Shown in pieces: positions 14,340-28,334 of a stretch of 64,000 nucleotides of DNA. Under the pieces are notes generated by a model. The model saw only the letters and a program-made list of their open reading frames with translations. It was not told the origin of the DNA and searched no databases. The DNA comes from Eledone cirrhosa. Its lineage: Eukaryota. The stretch's first letter is position 1; every line of letters begins with the position of its first letter. The stretch lies in contig OZ024747.1 in the NCBI GenBank assembly GCA_964016885.1, positions 44,082,001-44,146,000 on the forward strand. The letters are read 5' to 3'. Position numbers and translations under genes: made by a program.

Positions 14340-14552
14340 GTCAAAACAAATTTGTTGCACCTCTTGCAGAGAGGGTAAACCAGGAATCATTCTCAAATAC
14401 TGTTCTGTTCCATTCTTAATCATTCCCAGTCCTCCCACAATCACTGGTATTGTAACGGCCTTTAGTTACCACATTTATTTCGACTTCAATGAGCAAGTCT
14501 TTATATTTTCTTAGCTTGTCAAATTCTTTTGCCGCGATATTGTGATCACGAA
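14340..14552 (-). pseudogene. RLE-domain fragment of a second R4/Dong-like LINE
   Basis: Minus strand reads AKEFDKLRKYKDLLIEVE and PVIVGGLGMIKNG..YLRMIPG, homologous to the FMPVIIGALGYV region of the 8010-8603 ORF. Confidence 0.65.
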
Positions 14553-16838
14553 ACCGGGATAAACATCAGCCTGATCAACCTCTGGGCTCGAGACAGTCCT
14601 TAGATATACATGTATATGGTATGGTCCCGTAGCTCCTGGGGGAGTTGTAAGGGCGCCTTATTGGCATACTGTGTTTCTTTGGTATTTTAAACTTAGCGGA
14701 ACCCATCTCTATATGTAAATAGTTGCGTGTGTGCGTGTGTGTGCATGTGTGCGTGCGTGTGTGTGTGTGTGTGTGTGTAATTGTGGATATGTAAAAGAAA
14801 ATATTTCAATTTTGTTCATATTTTCAGTGTCTTTTTCTTTCCATTCGTGCAACAATTCATTTTTTTTTTGTTTGTTTCTTCATGTCTATCTGTAGTTGTT
14901 CTTTTTTTTTTTTTTTTTGAAATATTTATCTATTCATTTTTATCCACGCACTAATATTTAATTCACATTCCTCCTCTATATATGCTAGATCAAGCTTTTA
15001 TCCAGATGTGCCAAGATTTTTAAAATATTGCAAATGTATGTAAGTTTGTTTTCTATTTTGTGCAAAGGATAAGTAGAAGATTGTTGTTATGGTGTTTTTT
15101 ATTTGTTTTGTTTGTTTGTTTGTTTTTTGTATAGTTGTTTACATAATTCCTATTTTGTATTTTATCTTCATCGTCAGTTGACTGTTGTTTAGAAATCTGT
15201 TGATAAAATAAATTAAAATATAGTATTTATTAACGTAGAAGGATAAAATATATTCATGAATTTGGGGAGAAAAAATAGCATATAATATATAATATTTATA
15301 AAAGGAAAAATACTAAAGATTTCTAGGTTCATTTTTCCCTTTTTTTCCATCTTTCTTTAACTAACATTGTCAATATACTCATAACTTGAAAAGAATAAAT
15401 TGTTAAGTTGTGTATTTCTATGTTATATTCAAACCATGTACATTTGTTTAAAGAAAAAAAATTGAAACTTAGATGGGGATGATTATGTTGCTCCTTCTAA
15501 TGATGATGATGGTGATGATGATGGTGGTAGTAAGAAGAAGAGGAAGAACATACAGAGAGGAGAATAGTAATAGTATCAATAATGATTTCTTTATTGGCCA
15601 CTAGGACAATACAAATGGGTAGAGCCAATGGGGATGTACATTAATCGAGTAAACAGAAATGAAGACAGGTAACAAAATAATAAATTAAAACAACAGAAGT
15701 CCCAATAGAGAGGGACACCACACAGAGGTAATTTAGGAACCGCACAGATCCGAAACCACCCTAATAGCAAAAGAGCACCATAGGAAAATGCTCATCTCTC
15801 TTCTGAACTACAAGCACATCTTCGAGTAGGCCCATTTGCTCGCGTTATCTGCGTTACATTCACCCAACTTTTCCAAGTGGAATTTGAAAATGCCTATGAA
15901 GGCTTGGCCGAAGAGGAATATGTTTGAATGCTTATATTTTTCTTGTGTAAGTTTTCTTTTTGGTGTGGGTGGTTTTGATCGTGGTGGTGTGTCCTTTTTG
16001 TTTGTTTGTTTCTGTGGGATTTGGGGTATTCCCTTCCTCCTCTTCACGTAGAAATCAGTTAGTATCTGTGTCTGAAAATCCCGTTTCGGATTGCGATGGG
16101 TGTGTGTTTGTGTAAGTTTCTATGTGTGTTTGTTTGAAGAAGGGAAGGGAAGGTGAAAGAGGGAGAACTGGACTGGAAAACACCCTGGGTGGTTTTGTTG
16201 ATGGTCATCTGTTGTCTATTTTGGTGACTTTGCTGGTGGTAGTGCTGGTGCTGCTGCTGCTGCTGCTGCTGCTGTTGGTGTTATTGTTGGTGGTGTTGGT
16301 GTTACAAATATTGGTGCTCCTCTCACTGCTGTTGGCATTGCTGCTGCTACCGGCCTTGATGCTACTGTTGTTATTGTTGTGGACGGAGCCATGCGGTTTC
16401 TTGACAACATTAAGTAACTATCCCAGAAATAGGCAGCTACGAGAGGGCTCGATAAAACTAAGTTTTCGGAGTATATTATGCAGTCTAACTAGCCAAAATA
16501 ACATTTGAGTTTCAACGCATACATTTCAAATTTCAAACATTCCCACTGTTTCTTAAGTCAACCTCTTAATATATTAATATATCTATATATTTTTTTTAAA
16601 GTATTCAAGTATTTTGGGGGGATTTAGTAATATAACTATCTCCATCATTATTAAGCTGGTGTTTAGAGAATAACTTAACGAATGTTCTTACATAAAATTA
16701 TGATGGAAAGCTGTTTGTTTTTTAAATAATTAAAAACACTTTAAAATGAACAGATTTGTAACGCATAATCAGGGATAGTTTCAGACGTTTAGTATATTCT
16801 TCTTTTTCTTCTTCTTCTTCTTCTTCTTCTTCTTCTTC

Positions 16839-16869
<31 letters not shown>

Positions 16870-17452
16870 CCCACTTATTCCTGAGAGGGTCGGGGCCTAT
16901 CAGAAGCAACCGCCTCTGACTGATCCGGCTGGATCACCAAGCGTGACCAGCCAAGCTCATGGATGTTATCCAACCATCTTGCTTGGTATCAAACGGGTTA
17001 AATATGGTGATAGCCACTTTTCACTGGCCACATTCCCCAGTTGGTAGAGTGTAATATAGTAAGAGCTTGATAACATACAAAGAGTCAATAGTACAAGCAA
17101 CATTAATTAAATTAACAGCACTGATGAAAATATTATGAATTATACAAAAGAAAATAAGTAAGAAATTTATTTTCCTTTCATTCCTTAAAATAAAGATAAT
17201 CCCCTTCTTGTTATATAAAACTTCTTTGTTTGGTTTGTTTGTTATTCATAGTTTTTTTGTTTTTGTTTTTTTTGTATTTATGTTTTCGTTTGTTCCAACG
17301 ATGTGACAATGGGAACCAAACCTTAAATATATCATGAATTCACGCTGGAATAAAATACACGCATACATTCACATATATACATCCATACATACTTACATAC
17401 ATACTTACATACATACATACTTACACACATATATACATACTTACATACATAC

Positions 17453-17483
<31 letters not shown>

Positions 17484-17549
17484 CATACATACATACATAC
17501 ATACATACATACATACATACATACATACATACATACATAGACACATACA

Positions 17550-18130
17550 TGCACAGTAAAAATAATGGAACAGTAAAACTACGTAAAACATTCCAATCTA
17601 ATATACTGCATATATACAACATTCTGCATATATACAACATTCTGCATCTAATAACTGCATATACACATGTATAGATACAAAGCAAATGCACATGCACACA
17701 TACAACTCAAAACATACACATCCACATATACAATAACATCCATACATGTACACATATGCATGTATGCAGACATGCATACACATCTACCTAGTTGATGTTG
17801 TGTGAATTCCTGTGAGAGAGTCTTGTATCTATGTTAGAAACCGACTCTCTCTCTATTGGTAAAACTTTGTGAAATTATAAAACCAGAAGAACATACATAC
17901 ATACACACGCACATACATGCCTACATACATACATGCAACCGACTCTCTCTCTATTGGTAAAACTTTGTGAAATTATAAAACCAGAAGAACATTCATACAT
18001 ACATACGTACGTACATACATACAGACAGACAAACGTACGTACATACATATATACATACATACATATATACATACATACATACTTACGTACGTATATACAT
18101 ACATACATACATACTTACGTACGTACATAC
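17550..18130 (+). mobile_element. 3' end of the same R4/Dong-like LINE family as 7750-10660, within a (TACA)n tract
   Basis: aatggaacagtaaaa..catacaactcaaaacatacacatccaca..agaaaccgactctctctc matches the reverse complement of about 7870-8145. Confidence 0.8.
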
Positions 18131-18474
18131 ATACACGGCTTATATACCAACCCGCTTGGACCAAAGTATGATTGTGATTTACGCTATGGTAATTGTTCAG
18201 GCAAATGTTTGTGGATAATTGAAGCTGGTTTTATATGCTTTCATTCTGGGCCGAATTTTGTGTTTGGCGTTTTATTTTGTTTCTGTGGCTATCATTTTCC
18301 TTGCATAGTATTATAGGGTGTTGCCTTGTTTGCTATTGTACTGCTGTCGATCAATTTAGTCATTATTAGAAAAACAAAATACAATAATATTTAGTTTCTC
18401 AAAATCCTTGAATAAATATCGTATCTGATGTTGGTAAATATGTATCGTGTTGTTTTTCTGTTATTTCTCTAAAT

Positions 18475-18771
18475 CAGATGTTCTCAAATGTTTTGGACCA
18501 CCCAACCCCCTCACGGCCATGAAATACCCTCAGCGCCCCCAACCCTATTTCCAGAGAGACCTGCCTACATACAAATTGTAAATAATATATAATAAATAAA
18601 ATCGGTAATTTACATATAATTAATAATATAATATATACTATGTATAAATAAATATTATATATTTTTTATTTTACTATATTTATATATAATATGTATCATT
18701 TGATATTTAGTATATTATTATATCATATCTACCCTCTGAACCTTCTCAACGATCCACTTTGAGAACCTCTG
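18475..18771. mobile_element. hAT-superfamily MITE
   Basis: Terminal inverted repeats cagatgttctcaaa / tttgagaacctctg (13/14 match) and an 8-bp target-site duplication ctctaaat / ctgtaaat. Confidence 0.75.
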
Positions 18772-21267
18772 CTGTAAATGGTTATTTTATTGTGGACTGT
18801 GCTTGTGTATTATTATCTAATGTCAAAAAACCCATTCTTATTAAATTTTGATTCAAGAAAATGTAACAGATGCTGGAATACCAACTTATGTTCACAAGCT
18901 GGAACGTATCTAACTTGTTTCTGAGCAAGGCATATTACTTCACTTGCTATAATTATTCCTTTGCTATTACTTAATGTTTTTAGTTGGAAGTCTGATACTA
19001 ATATATAAACAAAGCAGTTGACTTTAAAAACATTGGAAAATTGTGTAACTTGAAATGTGAGCGTTCAAACGTAAAATGACAACAATAATAATCGATTACT
19101 ATAAGTAATAATTGAGAAAATTGAATAAAGTGCTGCTAGAGACGGAAAATGTAGACAGAGCCATCTTTCCCATTTCCAGGGGTACTTTACACAATTCCAC
19201 AACTATTATTTATAATGATCAACTATTGTTAATGTTTAAGCTAGTCTGTTACTTATTCTTTCAGTTCTATCAAGTTAATTGCAATTATGTGAACATTAGT
19301 CAATAATTAGCATTATTATTTCTATTTTCCGGGTAACTAGGGGAGATATATTCAGATATAGTTAACTGTTATCTTGATCATAGCGAAGCATAACTTTTAC
19401 TAAGCAAGTATAACGTATTACTCATTTATTAATATAGGATAAAAGAATTATTTAGTTGTTGAATATTTGCGAAATGCCGTCTAGTTGAACAGCAATGAAC
19501 AAGCTACTGTAACATGGTTCGTTAAAGCTACTGTAATTCATGGTTAATTAAAAAATCTATCTAGAAATAAGTATGCGGTAGGGTGAATCATGAACTAGTC
19601 GTGGATTAATATTACTTTCGTTTTTCTGGGGTAGGGGCATTTTGGGGTAGGGGCATTATGGTTGTTATACTTCATTAAAAGTTCAGAATAACAAAAAAAT
19701 ATGCCAGGAGTTGCCTCCCATACTTGTTGGGAAACTAAAAAATAAATGTTATTCTTTGACTAATATCGTTATTTTTTTTAATGACTCTATATTTGTTTTC
19801 ACTTATTTTTTTAATGCGTCATGCATTGTATACGCTATCACTAAAAGAGTTCTGTTCTTCGATATAGTTGGCGTCACTAAATATTATATAAATATAGATA
19901 TATGTAAGAACATGCTTATATTGTAAATAGGTATTATTTTATGAAAAATGTGATGTCAAAGAGATTATTTTAAAAGTTTTCATTGGTTGATGAGTGCCTA
20001 TTGGCATCGCTTAAGAGGCTACTTTAGTTTTATCACATTTTTCTGTGAAGAACTAAAGTATTTTTTGTATCATACACCAATAATAAAAATATAAAAATAT
20101 TCTAAAACACCTTTTTTTGAATTCAAAACATGAGGATAGTAAAATTATGAGTCAAAATTAATCTTTAGATAAAATCTTTGATTAAATTTAATGCTTGTTG
20201 TTCAGAATTTCAAATATCAGGAATATGAGTATGTGATACCAATTTCACCCTAAAGTATTTATTTATTTATTTATTTATTTCAACAGTCTTATCAGGAATA
20301 ATTAGAGACAGTGACTAGAATTCAAAGAAAATAAATGGTTATCTGCGCCAACAGGAATCAATTTAATAATTTACAAACAATACATTAAAAATAAAGTTAG
20401 ATATGTTTTTCTTTTCTGAGAGGAAACATAAAAGTTAATAAGTAGAGAGAAAGAGGGGGGAGAATCATTTAGTGGGTGAGAGAAACACACAACAGAGTAG
20501 AGTACCAGTTAAAATCCTTTGCAGTATTTAATGCTACCTATTTACATTTAAAGTGCAAATCAATCTAAGATCAACTTCAATGTTTATCCAACTGGAGGGA
20601 ATAGAGCTGTCATATTCTGGGGCTTCTTTTTCACAGTTTTAGTCAGGCAGGAAAAAGAAAGGACTAAAACCTTTCTTTTCAGGGTAACCTCGAGTTAGAA
20701 ACTATTACGCTTACCATTCAAGTAGACCACGGCAAGATTTTAACTCAAGATGCTAGCATTCGAAACATATACCGCAAAGCATCTCACGCCCTGTTCTTAC
20801 AATTCCGCCAATCCACTGCCAATCCCGAAATGTTGAAAGGCAAATTTAACCCTAATTTCGTGGAGAACTGATGAGAGAGAGAGAAATCAATATTAACATA
20901 AAAGATGAAAGTGACCGAGAGGAAGAGTTCAGTTTGTATGGTGGTGTAATGTGGAGGATTTTATAAGTAAAATCAAATGGTTGAGAAATATCTCTGCAGT
21001 ATTTGTTCCGGCTCTTTACGTTCTGAGCAGATGACGAATTTACCTTCGTGAGCTGGAATGGCTCTTCCGGTGCGTCTCTCTCACCATACTCTGGGCAAAC
21101 GCCTCTATTCTGTTCACCGGGGCGGCGAAGCGGCCAGCACGTGGGTCCCCATTTGTTCATAGTAGAGAGAGATGGGGAGAGCGAGAGAGATGAAGGCAGT
21201 GATGGATTTTGGTTCCTTTGTGTTCAGGCCTGGTGTATATGCGTGTTTCAATTACTGAGCTGCTATA

Positions 21268-21455
21268 ATTGTTTCTACGTTTGGCACAAGGCCAGCAATT
21301 ACCCAGTGCATTACTGGTACTTTATTTTATCGACCCCGTAAGGATGAAAGGCAAAGTTAACCTCGGCGAGATTTGAACTCAGAATGGCAAGAGCCGTAAC
21401 TCTATACGTCAAAGCATGGCGTCCGACCCTCTACCGATACTGCCAATCCACCGCC
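21268..21455 (-). mobile_element. tRNA-derived SINE with target-site duplication
   Basis: Full SINE copy flanked by tactgagctgctataat on both sides. Confidence 0.9.
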
Positions 21456-22544
21456 TACTGAGCTGCTATAATAAACAGTGGTTGGGGTGTTGGGATTATG
21501 ATCATGTGTCTGTGTGGTACGTATGTTTATGTGTGTTTTCAATTCAACACATTTATAAGAAATCTCTGCGAGCAGTATTAATTGCCTTACCTATAAGAGC
21601 CACCCATGTAGTATCCAAACATTTCCGAGACTGTTGATGTACCTAACGTACATTTGCAATGTTTTCCTTTTTCGTTACTTCAAATCAATAGACATGTTCA
21701 CTTGCTCTATAACAACGGTTAAAGTAAAGCCAGCATATTATTTAGTATGTCATTAAATATGTGAGTATGACAATAAATCATTTTAGAAAAGGCAGGACAA
21801 TGTAGATTGAAAATAAAGGGAAAAAAGAGAAACAAAGTAAAACAACAAAAGCAGTTTACACTTTTAACTTATATTGTGATATTTTTCTTGAAAAAGGTGT
21901 TTTAACATCGAAATATTAAAATATAAGTTAAACATGTATAGGTGCATATCTGCCTGTCAGGTTAAAAGGTCACTTCACAATTACTTGCGCTAAGGGTTCA
22001 ATCTCATAGCGTGACTCTTGAAGCAAATATGTTATGCCGTAGCCTTGTGCGCATAATGTGTAAGGAGCAAACAGCACAAGCTCACAAACAATGAGTTTGT
22101 GTGCGTGAGTGCACGTGTGTGTATGTGTATGCAGGTGTGTATGTATGTGTGTGTTTGTATATATGTTTGTGTGCGTGCATGTGTGTTTTATTTGAATTAT
22201 TTCTATAAGAACACAGATGATTTCCAATAAAGAAAGGTATATGCTAAATTTTAGAAAAGTCTTTCATACTTTTACTGTTCCGCTTACAGATCGTAATTCC
22301 AAAGTGTGTATTAGATTATTCTCTCTTTTGATTGCCACGTTACATTTACTAACATAGTTAAGTGCGCCGATAATTAAATGTATAAATATAAATTAATTAT
22401 CTGAGTAAATAAGCTATAGGCTTCGAAGTCTTAACAGTAATTATTCTTTTTCTCGATGATTTTACAAGAAACGTTTGCATTTGCGGGCAGCTGCTCTTTA
22501 TGACTGTACAAACTTTTCTTATTTGTCTCAAACAATTATAGTAG

Positions 22545-22775
22545 ACATGTTATATTTGCACTTAGTGGGGATGTTTTGATGATAATGTCCAATTAATATT
22601 CCTTTTGCTAACATGTATACATGTATTTAACAAGAGAGATGTGCACTATATTTATCCCAAGGCGGTCTTTCTTATGACAGACATTGTATATTGTTTTAGT
22701 AACATCTTGCCACAATGGAAGGTCGTAGTATAATTGCATTTTGGGGCAGCTGCTGATCACATGTGTAATATCTGT
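22545..22775 (-). pseudogene. Degraded fragment of the R4/Dong-like LINE zinc-finger region
   Basis: DITHVISSCPKM matches the 8600-8815 ORF, and the fragment abuts a (TGTA)n tract. Confidence 0.7.
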
Positions 22776-23248
22776 ATAATATGTGTGCATACATGCATAT
22801 GTGTATGTATGTATGTATGTATGTATGCATGCATATATTTATTTATGCATACATCTATGTATGTGTGTATGTATGTATGTATGTATGTATGTATGTATGT
22901 ATGTATGTATGTATGTATGTATGTATGTATGTATGTATGCATGCATATATTTATTTATGAACGCATCTATGTATGTGTGTATTTATGTACGTAACTTTTA
23001 CTAAACAAAAAAAAAATATTTTCCTTCAATCGAAATCTTTTGCAATAATTGTTCTTTCTATTAAAACATTATCACTGATAATGTTAATGTAACCAAATAC
23101 ATATCAGTGTAGTAACATATATGTTAATGTATATACACTCACCAAATGCTAACATGTCAATAAATAACTCAGCTTTAAAACGTTGCTATTTTTCCTATAA
23201 CTTCACTGACATGCTTTAACCAGAATTATTTAGTCTATAGTTATATAA

Positions 23249-23435
23249 TTGTTTCTACGTTAGGCACAAGGCCAGCAAATACTCAGTGTATTACTGGTAC
23301 TTTATTTTATCGACCACGTAAGGATGAAAGGCAAAGTTAACCTCGGCGGGATTTGAACTCAGACCATAAAGGGCCGTAACTCTTTGCTATAAAGCATGGC
23401 GTCCGACCCTCTACTGATACTGCCAATCCACCGCC
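23249..23435 (-). mobile_element. tRNA-derived SINE with target-site duplication
   Basis: Flanked by ctatagttatataat on both sides. Confidence 0.9.
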
Positions 23436-23582
23436 TATAGTTATATAATGCTTTCTGATTTAGATACAAGTCCAACAATTTTAGGGCAGGGGAAAGTCAA
23501 TGAAATCGACCCTGCTGCATTACCAGTGCTTTATTTCATCGACCCTGTAAGGATGAAAGGCAAAACTAGCCTCGTCGGGATT

Positions 23583-23805
23583 CCATCATCATCCGGCGGT
23601 CTCAGCCGAAATGGACTCAACAATTGATCTCCACGTGGGTCTGTCGTTCATTGACGTTGCCAAGTCCTGAATTTCAATACCAGAATCTCTGGAGATTACA
23701 TCGGGATAGGAGAGCGTGCACCGCTTGTTATTAGTGACTGCTTGTGGTTTCCAAAACATTACGCAGCCTCATAGGTGGCACGATAGCAGTGGTCAGCAAA
23801 TCGTA
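23583..23805 (-). mobile_element. RTE-clade LINE 3' fragment inserted in a SINE (23450-23880)
   Basis: Minus strand reads RFADHCYR and YPDVISRDSGIEIQDLATSMNDRPTWRSIV, ending in a short (GAT)n tail. SINE sequence resumes near 23806. Confidence 0.65.
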
Positions 23806-24466
23806 GAACGTAAATGGCCGTAACTCTATGCCACGAAGCATGTTGTCCAGTGCTCTACCAATACAGCCAACCCACCGTCTATGTAATACCAGAAAACTTG
23901 CAGGTTCTTGCCCAGGTTTATTAAAGCCCTAGAATAAATATATGTAACACGGCGCTTCTACGATTCGAACCGATCTATTGTGTGACGTGGCATTAAAATC
24001 AGTATTCTCTTCCAACAGAAATCTTATAGCACACTGATCCGTGATTTCTTTACATGCATTAAAGTTGCAGAACAGACATTTACTGAAGGATAAGATGGCA
24101 TTTCAATGGAAGTCACATGGAAAAATAGTTTCACAGCTAAAATCTCATTGAACGGAGGTTAAAGCAATATAAATATTACTTTATACCCCATGATTTCTTC
24201 TTCGAAAGATATGCGTTGGATTTGAAAATGACGTCATATTAGTTGATAACTCTATGCACTACTGTAGTAGAAACCAAATATGGCGATATACACACATACA
24301 TACAAATACAGGCTCTGATACAAACAGTTGTGTTCACTATCACACATATGCATGATCACACAATTCAATCAATTTGATACTTATGTTCACAGAAATGCAC
24401 ACTTATACCAATAATACACACATGCACACACACATACATACATACATACATACATACATACATACA

Positions 24467-24499
<33 letters not shown>

Positions 24500-24505
24500 G
24501 TGTGT

Positions 24506-24640
<135 letters not shown>

Positions 24641-24651
24641 TATATATATAG

Positions 24652-24690
<39 letters not shown>

Positions 24691-25075
24691 CGTATATATA
24701 TGTATATATTTATATATTACTTAAGTAACTACAGGTACAGGCAGCGCGTTGTTCGAAGCACATACACTCACACACACATTAAAATGCGCAGGCATTCAAA
24801 TTATCATTCTAAAGGGATAGGAAATTTGGAGGGCAACAGCAAAACAAAACCAAAAGTATGGTTAGGATGCCATCTCAGTAAATAATTGCCTGTGACTGTA
24901 GGGAAAAACGAAAGAGAAAAACACAATTAAACGGGGAAAGAATTTGAATTATGAAGAAAATATGTTCTTAAACCCCAGAGAACATGTCGAATCAGAATAT
25001 ACGTCGATGGAAGAAAAACATACAATTATATAGCTGAATGATTTACACACCAGAGTATTAAACCTATATATATAT

Positions 25076-25144
<69 letters not shown>

Positions 25145-25498
25145 GGGGGAGTCTGCGCTGCTAAGACCGAAGAAGTCAAAAATCATGGAAGTACTCAAAG
25201 CACGAGAAGATCATGGCGGGTATAGAGAGAAAGGTATAAGCCCCCTACAGTGACGCCAAGCGGTCTCTCTCCCTCTCTCTCACTCCCCCCTCTCCCTCTC
25301 TCTCTCTCTCTCTCTGTCGCTATTTCTCTCTCTCTCTCTGTATATATATATATATGCATATATTATAGAAATGACTTCTACAGGGCAAAACAATGTTTCA
25401 TTCGTATGAAATCATCTACCAATGTATTGAGTACATTTTTAACTGCGGTTACCCTCCAATACAACTCAGGAATCGATAAATAACGGGCTACTCAGCTA

Positions 25499-25538
<40 letters not shown>

Positions 25539-25558
25539 ACACATATATATATATATAT

Positions 25559-25589
<31 letters not shown>

Positions 25590-25606
25590 AACACACATAT
25601 ATATAT

Positions 25607-25669
<63 letters not shown>

Positions 25670-25672
<3 letters not shown>

Positions 25673-26100
25673 GAGAAAATTAGGTGTTTTTTTATTTAAA
25701 AAAACAACAAAAGAAAAACACGAGATGTCCTATACGGGTGAAACTATACGGAAAAGAAATGGAAAATGCAACTGGCGTCTTTTTATGAATATTTATTTAT
25801 TTCCTTTACCGGTTTCACAGTTCTTATGCTTTTTAAAAGTAGAATTGAGATGGTGGGTTTGTGGTTTGTCTCTTAACTGGTTCGTGTTCGAAAGTTCTTT
25901 TTATTTCATGTGGAAAGCGTGGCTCGAATTGCTGGGGATTTTTTTAAAACAGAAAGAACTTTGGAACACGAACCAGATGCGATCAAACCACAAACCCTCC
26001 ATCTCAATAATACTTTTGAAAAGCATAAGAAATGTGAAACCGATAAAGGAAATAAATAAATATTCCTAAAAAGACTCCAGTTGCATTTTCGATTTGTTTT
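25670..26100. mobile_element. Microsatellite-flanked fold-back element
   Basis: gaaaatgcaactgg..tatttatttatttccttta..ggtttcaca (25762-) is the reverse complement of tgtgaaaccgataaaggaaataaataaata..ccagttgcattttc (-26090). Confidence 0.75.
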
Positions 26101-26104
26101 CCTT

Positions 26105-26141
26105 GTGTGTGTGTGTGTGCGTGTGTGTGTGCGTGTGTGTC

Positions 26142-26233
<92 letters not shown>

Positions 26234-26386
26234 TGCGTGTGTGTGTGCGTGTATGTGTGTGTGTATGTGTGCGTGTGTCTGCGTGTGTGTGTGTGTGTGT
26301 GTGTGTATCTGTGCGTGTGTGTGTCTGCGTGTGTGTGCGTGTGGGTGTGTGGGTGGGTGGGTGTGTGTGTGTGTCTGTGTGTGTGT

Positions 26387-26451
<65 letters not shown>

Positions 26452-26457
26452 TGCGTG

Positions 26458-26489
<32 letters not shown>

Positions 26490-26497
26490 CGTGTGTC

Positions 26498-26538
<41 letters not shown>

Positions 26539-26598
26539 GTGTGTCTGCGTGTGTGTGCGTGTGGGTGTGTGTGTGGGTGGGTGTGTGCGTGTATGTGT

Positions 26599-26655
<57 letters not shown>

Positions 26656-26673
26656 TGTGTGTGTGTGTGTGTG
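26105..26673. repeat. Long imperfect (GT)n microsatellite
   Basis: Direct reading. Confidence 0.95.
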
Positions 26674-27974
26674 TAAAGATGATTGTGCTCTAGTTTCAGC
26701 TTTATTATGATGCGTTATTTTCATCTTCACATATTAACTCCTTGCAATTATAACTGTAAACTTCACGAATCTAGAGACAAACACAGATAGAAATAACGAC
26801 ACAACACGTCCGTCTAACAACAAAGACTGAAATAAGTGCTAAAACCTACATGGACATAATAATTTCCACACAGAAAGAGAAAAAGCGGTTGTTAAATCCT
26901 CACTAAGAAGATTATGTAGAATCTCCTCCACAAACGAAGCGCTAGATAAAAAGATATAGAGAACAAAACAAGTACTAATCAACAACAGTTATTGAAATAA
27001 AATAACGGACTAAGCCATTGAACAATACAGTTACAAATAAATCAGATACCACAATAAATACATCAGATACCACAACTATTAAAATATATATAATGCGCAC
27101 AGAAAGAGTATAATAGGAATCAAATGCACGCTAACTATAGAATAAATGAGCACACCTCATAAAATAGTATATTAATTTATTCCACCAAACCATAAAATAA
27201 CATTAATAATATACAACCAAAAACACTAAAAGTCGTCGCGTTCTTGCAAATACCAAACTATAACCTCACAAATAAACTATTAATAAACAATATGGTATAT
27301 TTGTCTAACATCACATCTCTACCAAAGATACAAATAACAGCCTTCGCATACATCGATATAGTAAGCATACGTATTTATTTGTCTTGGATAACGAATTTAC
27401 AAATTCGATTGCAAATGAGAATGCTTATAACTTCACAACTTACAAGAACGAGTCATCACAATGCCTTGTACCACACAATACAAACGAAAAGATAGGAAAA
27501 TGTTAAAAAGCAATGCATTATTAACCATGACTACATATTCACTACTCAAAATAATGTGTACATATATATATAAGTATGTGTGCGCGCTTGTGTGTCTGTG
27601 TGTGTGTTTGTAAAGTAGAATATATATATATATATATATATATTGTTTCTACATTTGGAACAAGGCCAGCAATTACCCAGTGCATTACTGGTACTTTATT
27701 TTATCGACCCTGTAAGGATGAAAGGCAAAGTTAACCTCGGCGGGATTTGAACATGACAAGTAAATTTGTTTTGAAACAGCGAGCGAGTTTGAAATTAGAA
27801 ATATAAAATTTCCCCGTATTTTTTACTATAGAAATTTTAGCCTGATAATGAGCGTTAGAACCCACTAAGAAATGAAACATAAGCACTGATGTACTTGTAC
27901 GTCGTGGCTAAAATTTCTTTAGTCAAAAATACGGCGAAAGCTTCTATTTGTAATATATATATATATATAAATAG

Positions 27975-28060
<86 letters not shown>

Positions 28061-28079
28061 GTGTGAATATGATAATAAG

Positions 28080-28281
28080 GGCGCTGCGGAGTTGCAAATG
28101 GGTTACATATGAAAAAAGTTTGTCCTTCATCAGTGATCTTCCAACTATCATAGGCATTTCATCGCTTTAAAGACCATATACCTCCGGTTAGTGCGAGCAA
28201 CGGCTAAAAAAAGTCGTTGGGACACGTAAATAAAGGGGACGCGAGGGTAAACAAACAAAATGGTGAAGCAACAGAAAGTGA

Positions 28282-28334
<53 letters not shown>

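Noticed and set aside
16122-16508. Poly-Leu, signal-peptide-like ORF
   Set aside because: It derives from a (CTG/TTG)n trinucleotide repeat.
25383-25425. Minus-strand gatga-tttcatacgaat-GAAA resembling the array hammerhead
   Set aside because: The CUGA box is incomplete and the motif is too degenerate to call.
27832-27918. aaattttagc/gctaaaattt stem enclosing CTGATAA..GAAA
   Set aside because: The core is mutated and there is no credible stem II or III.
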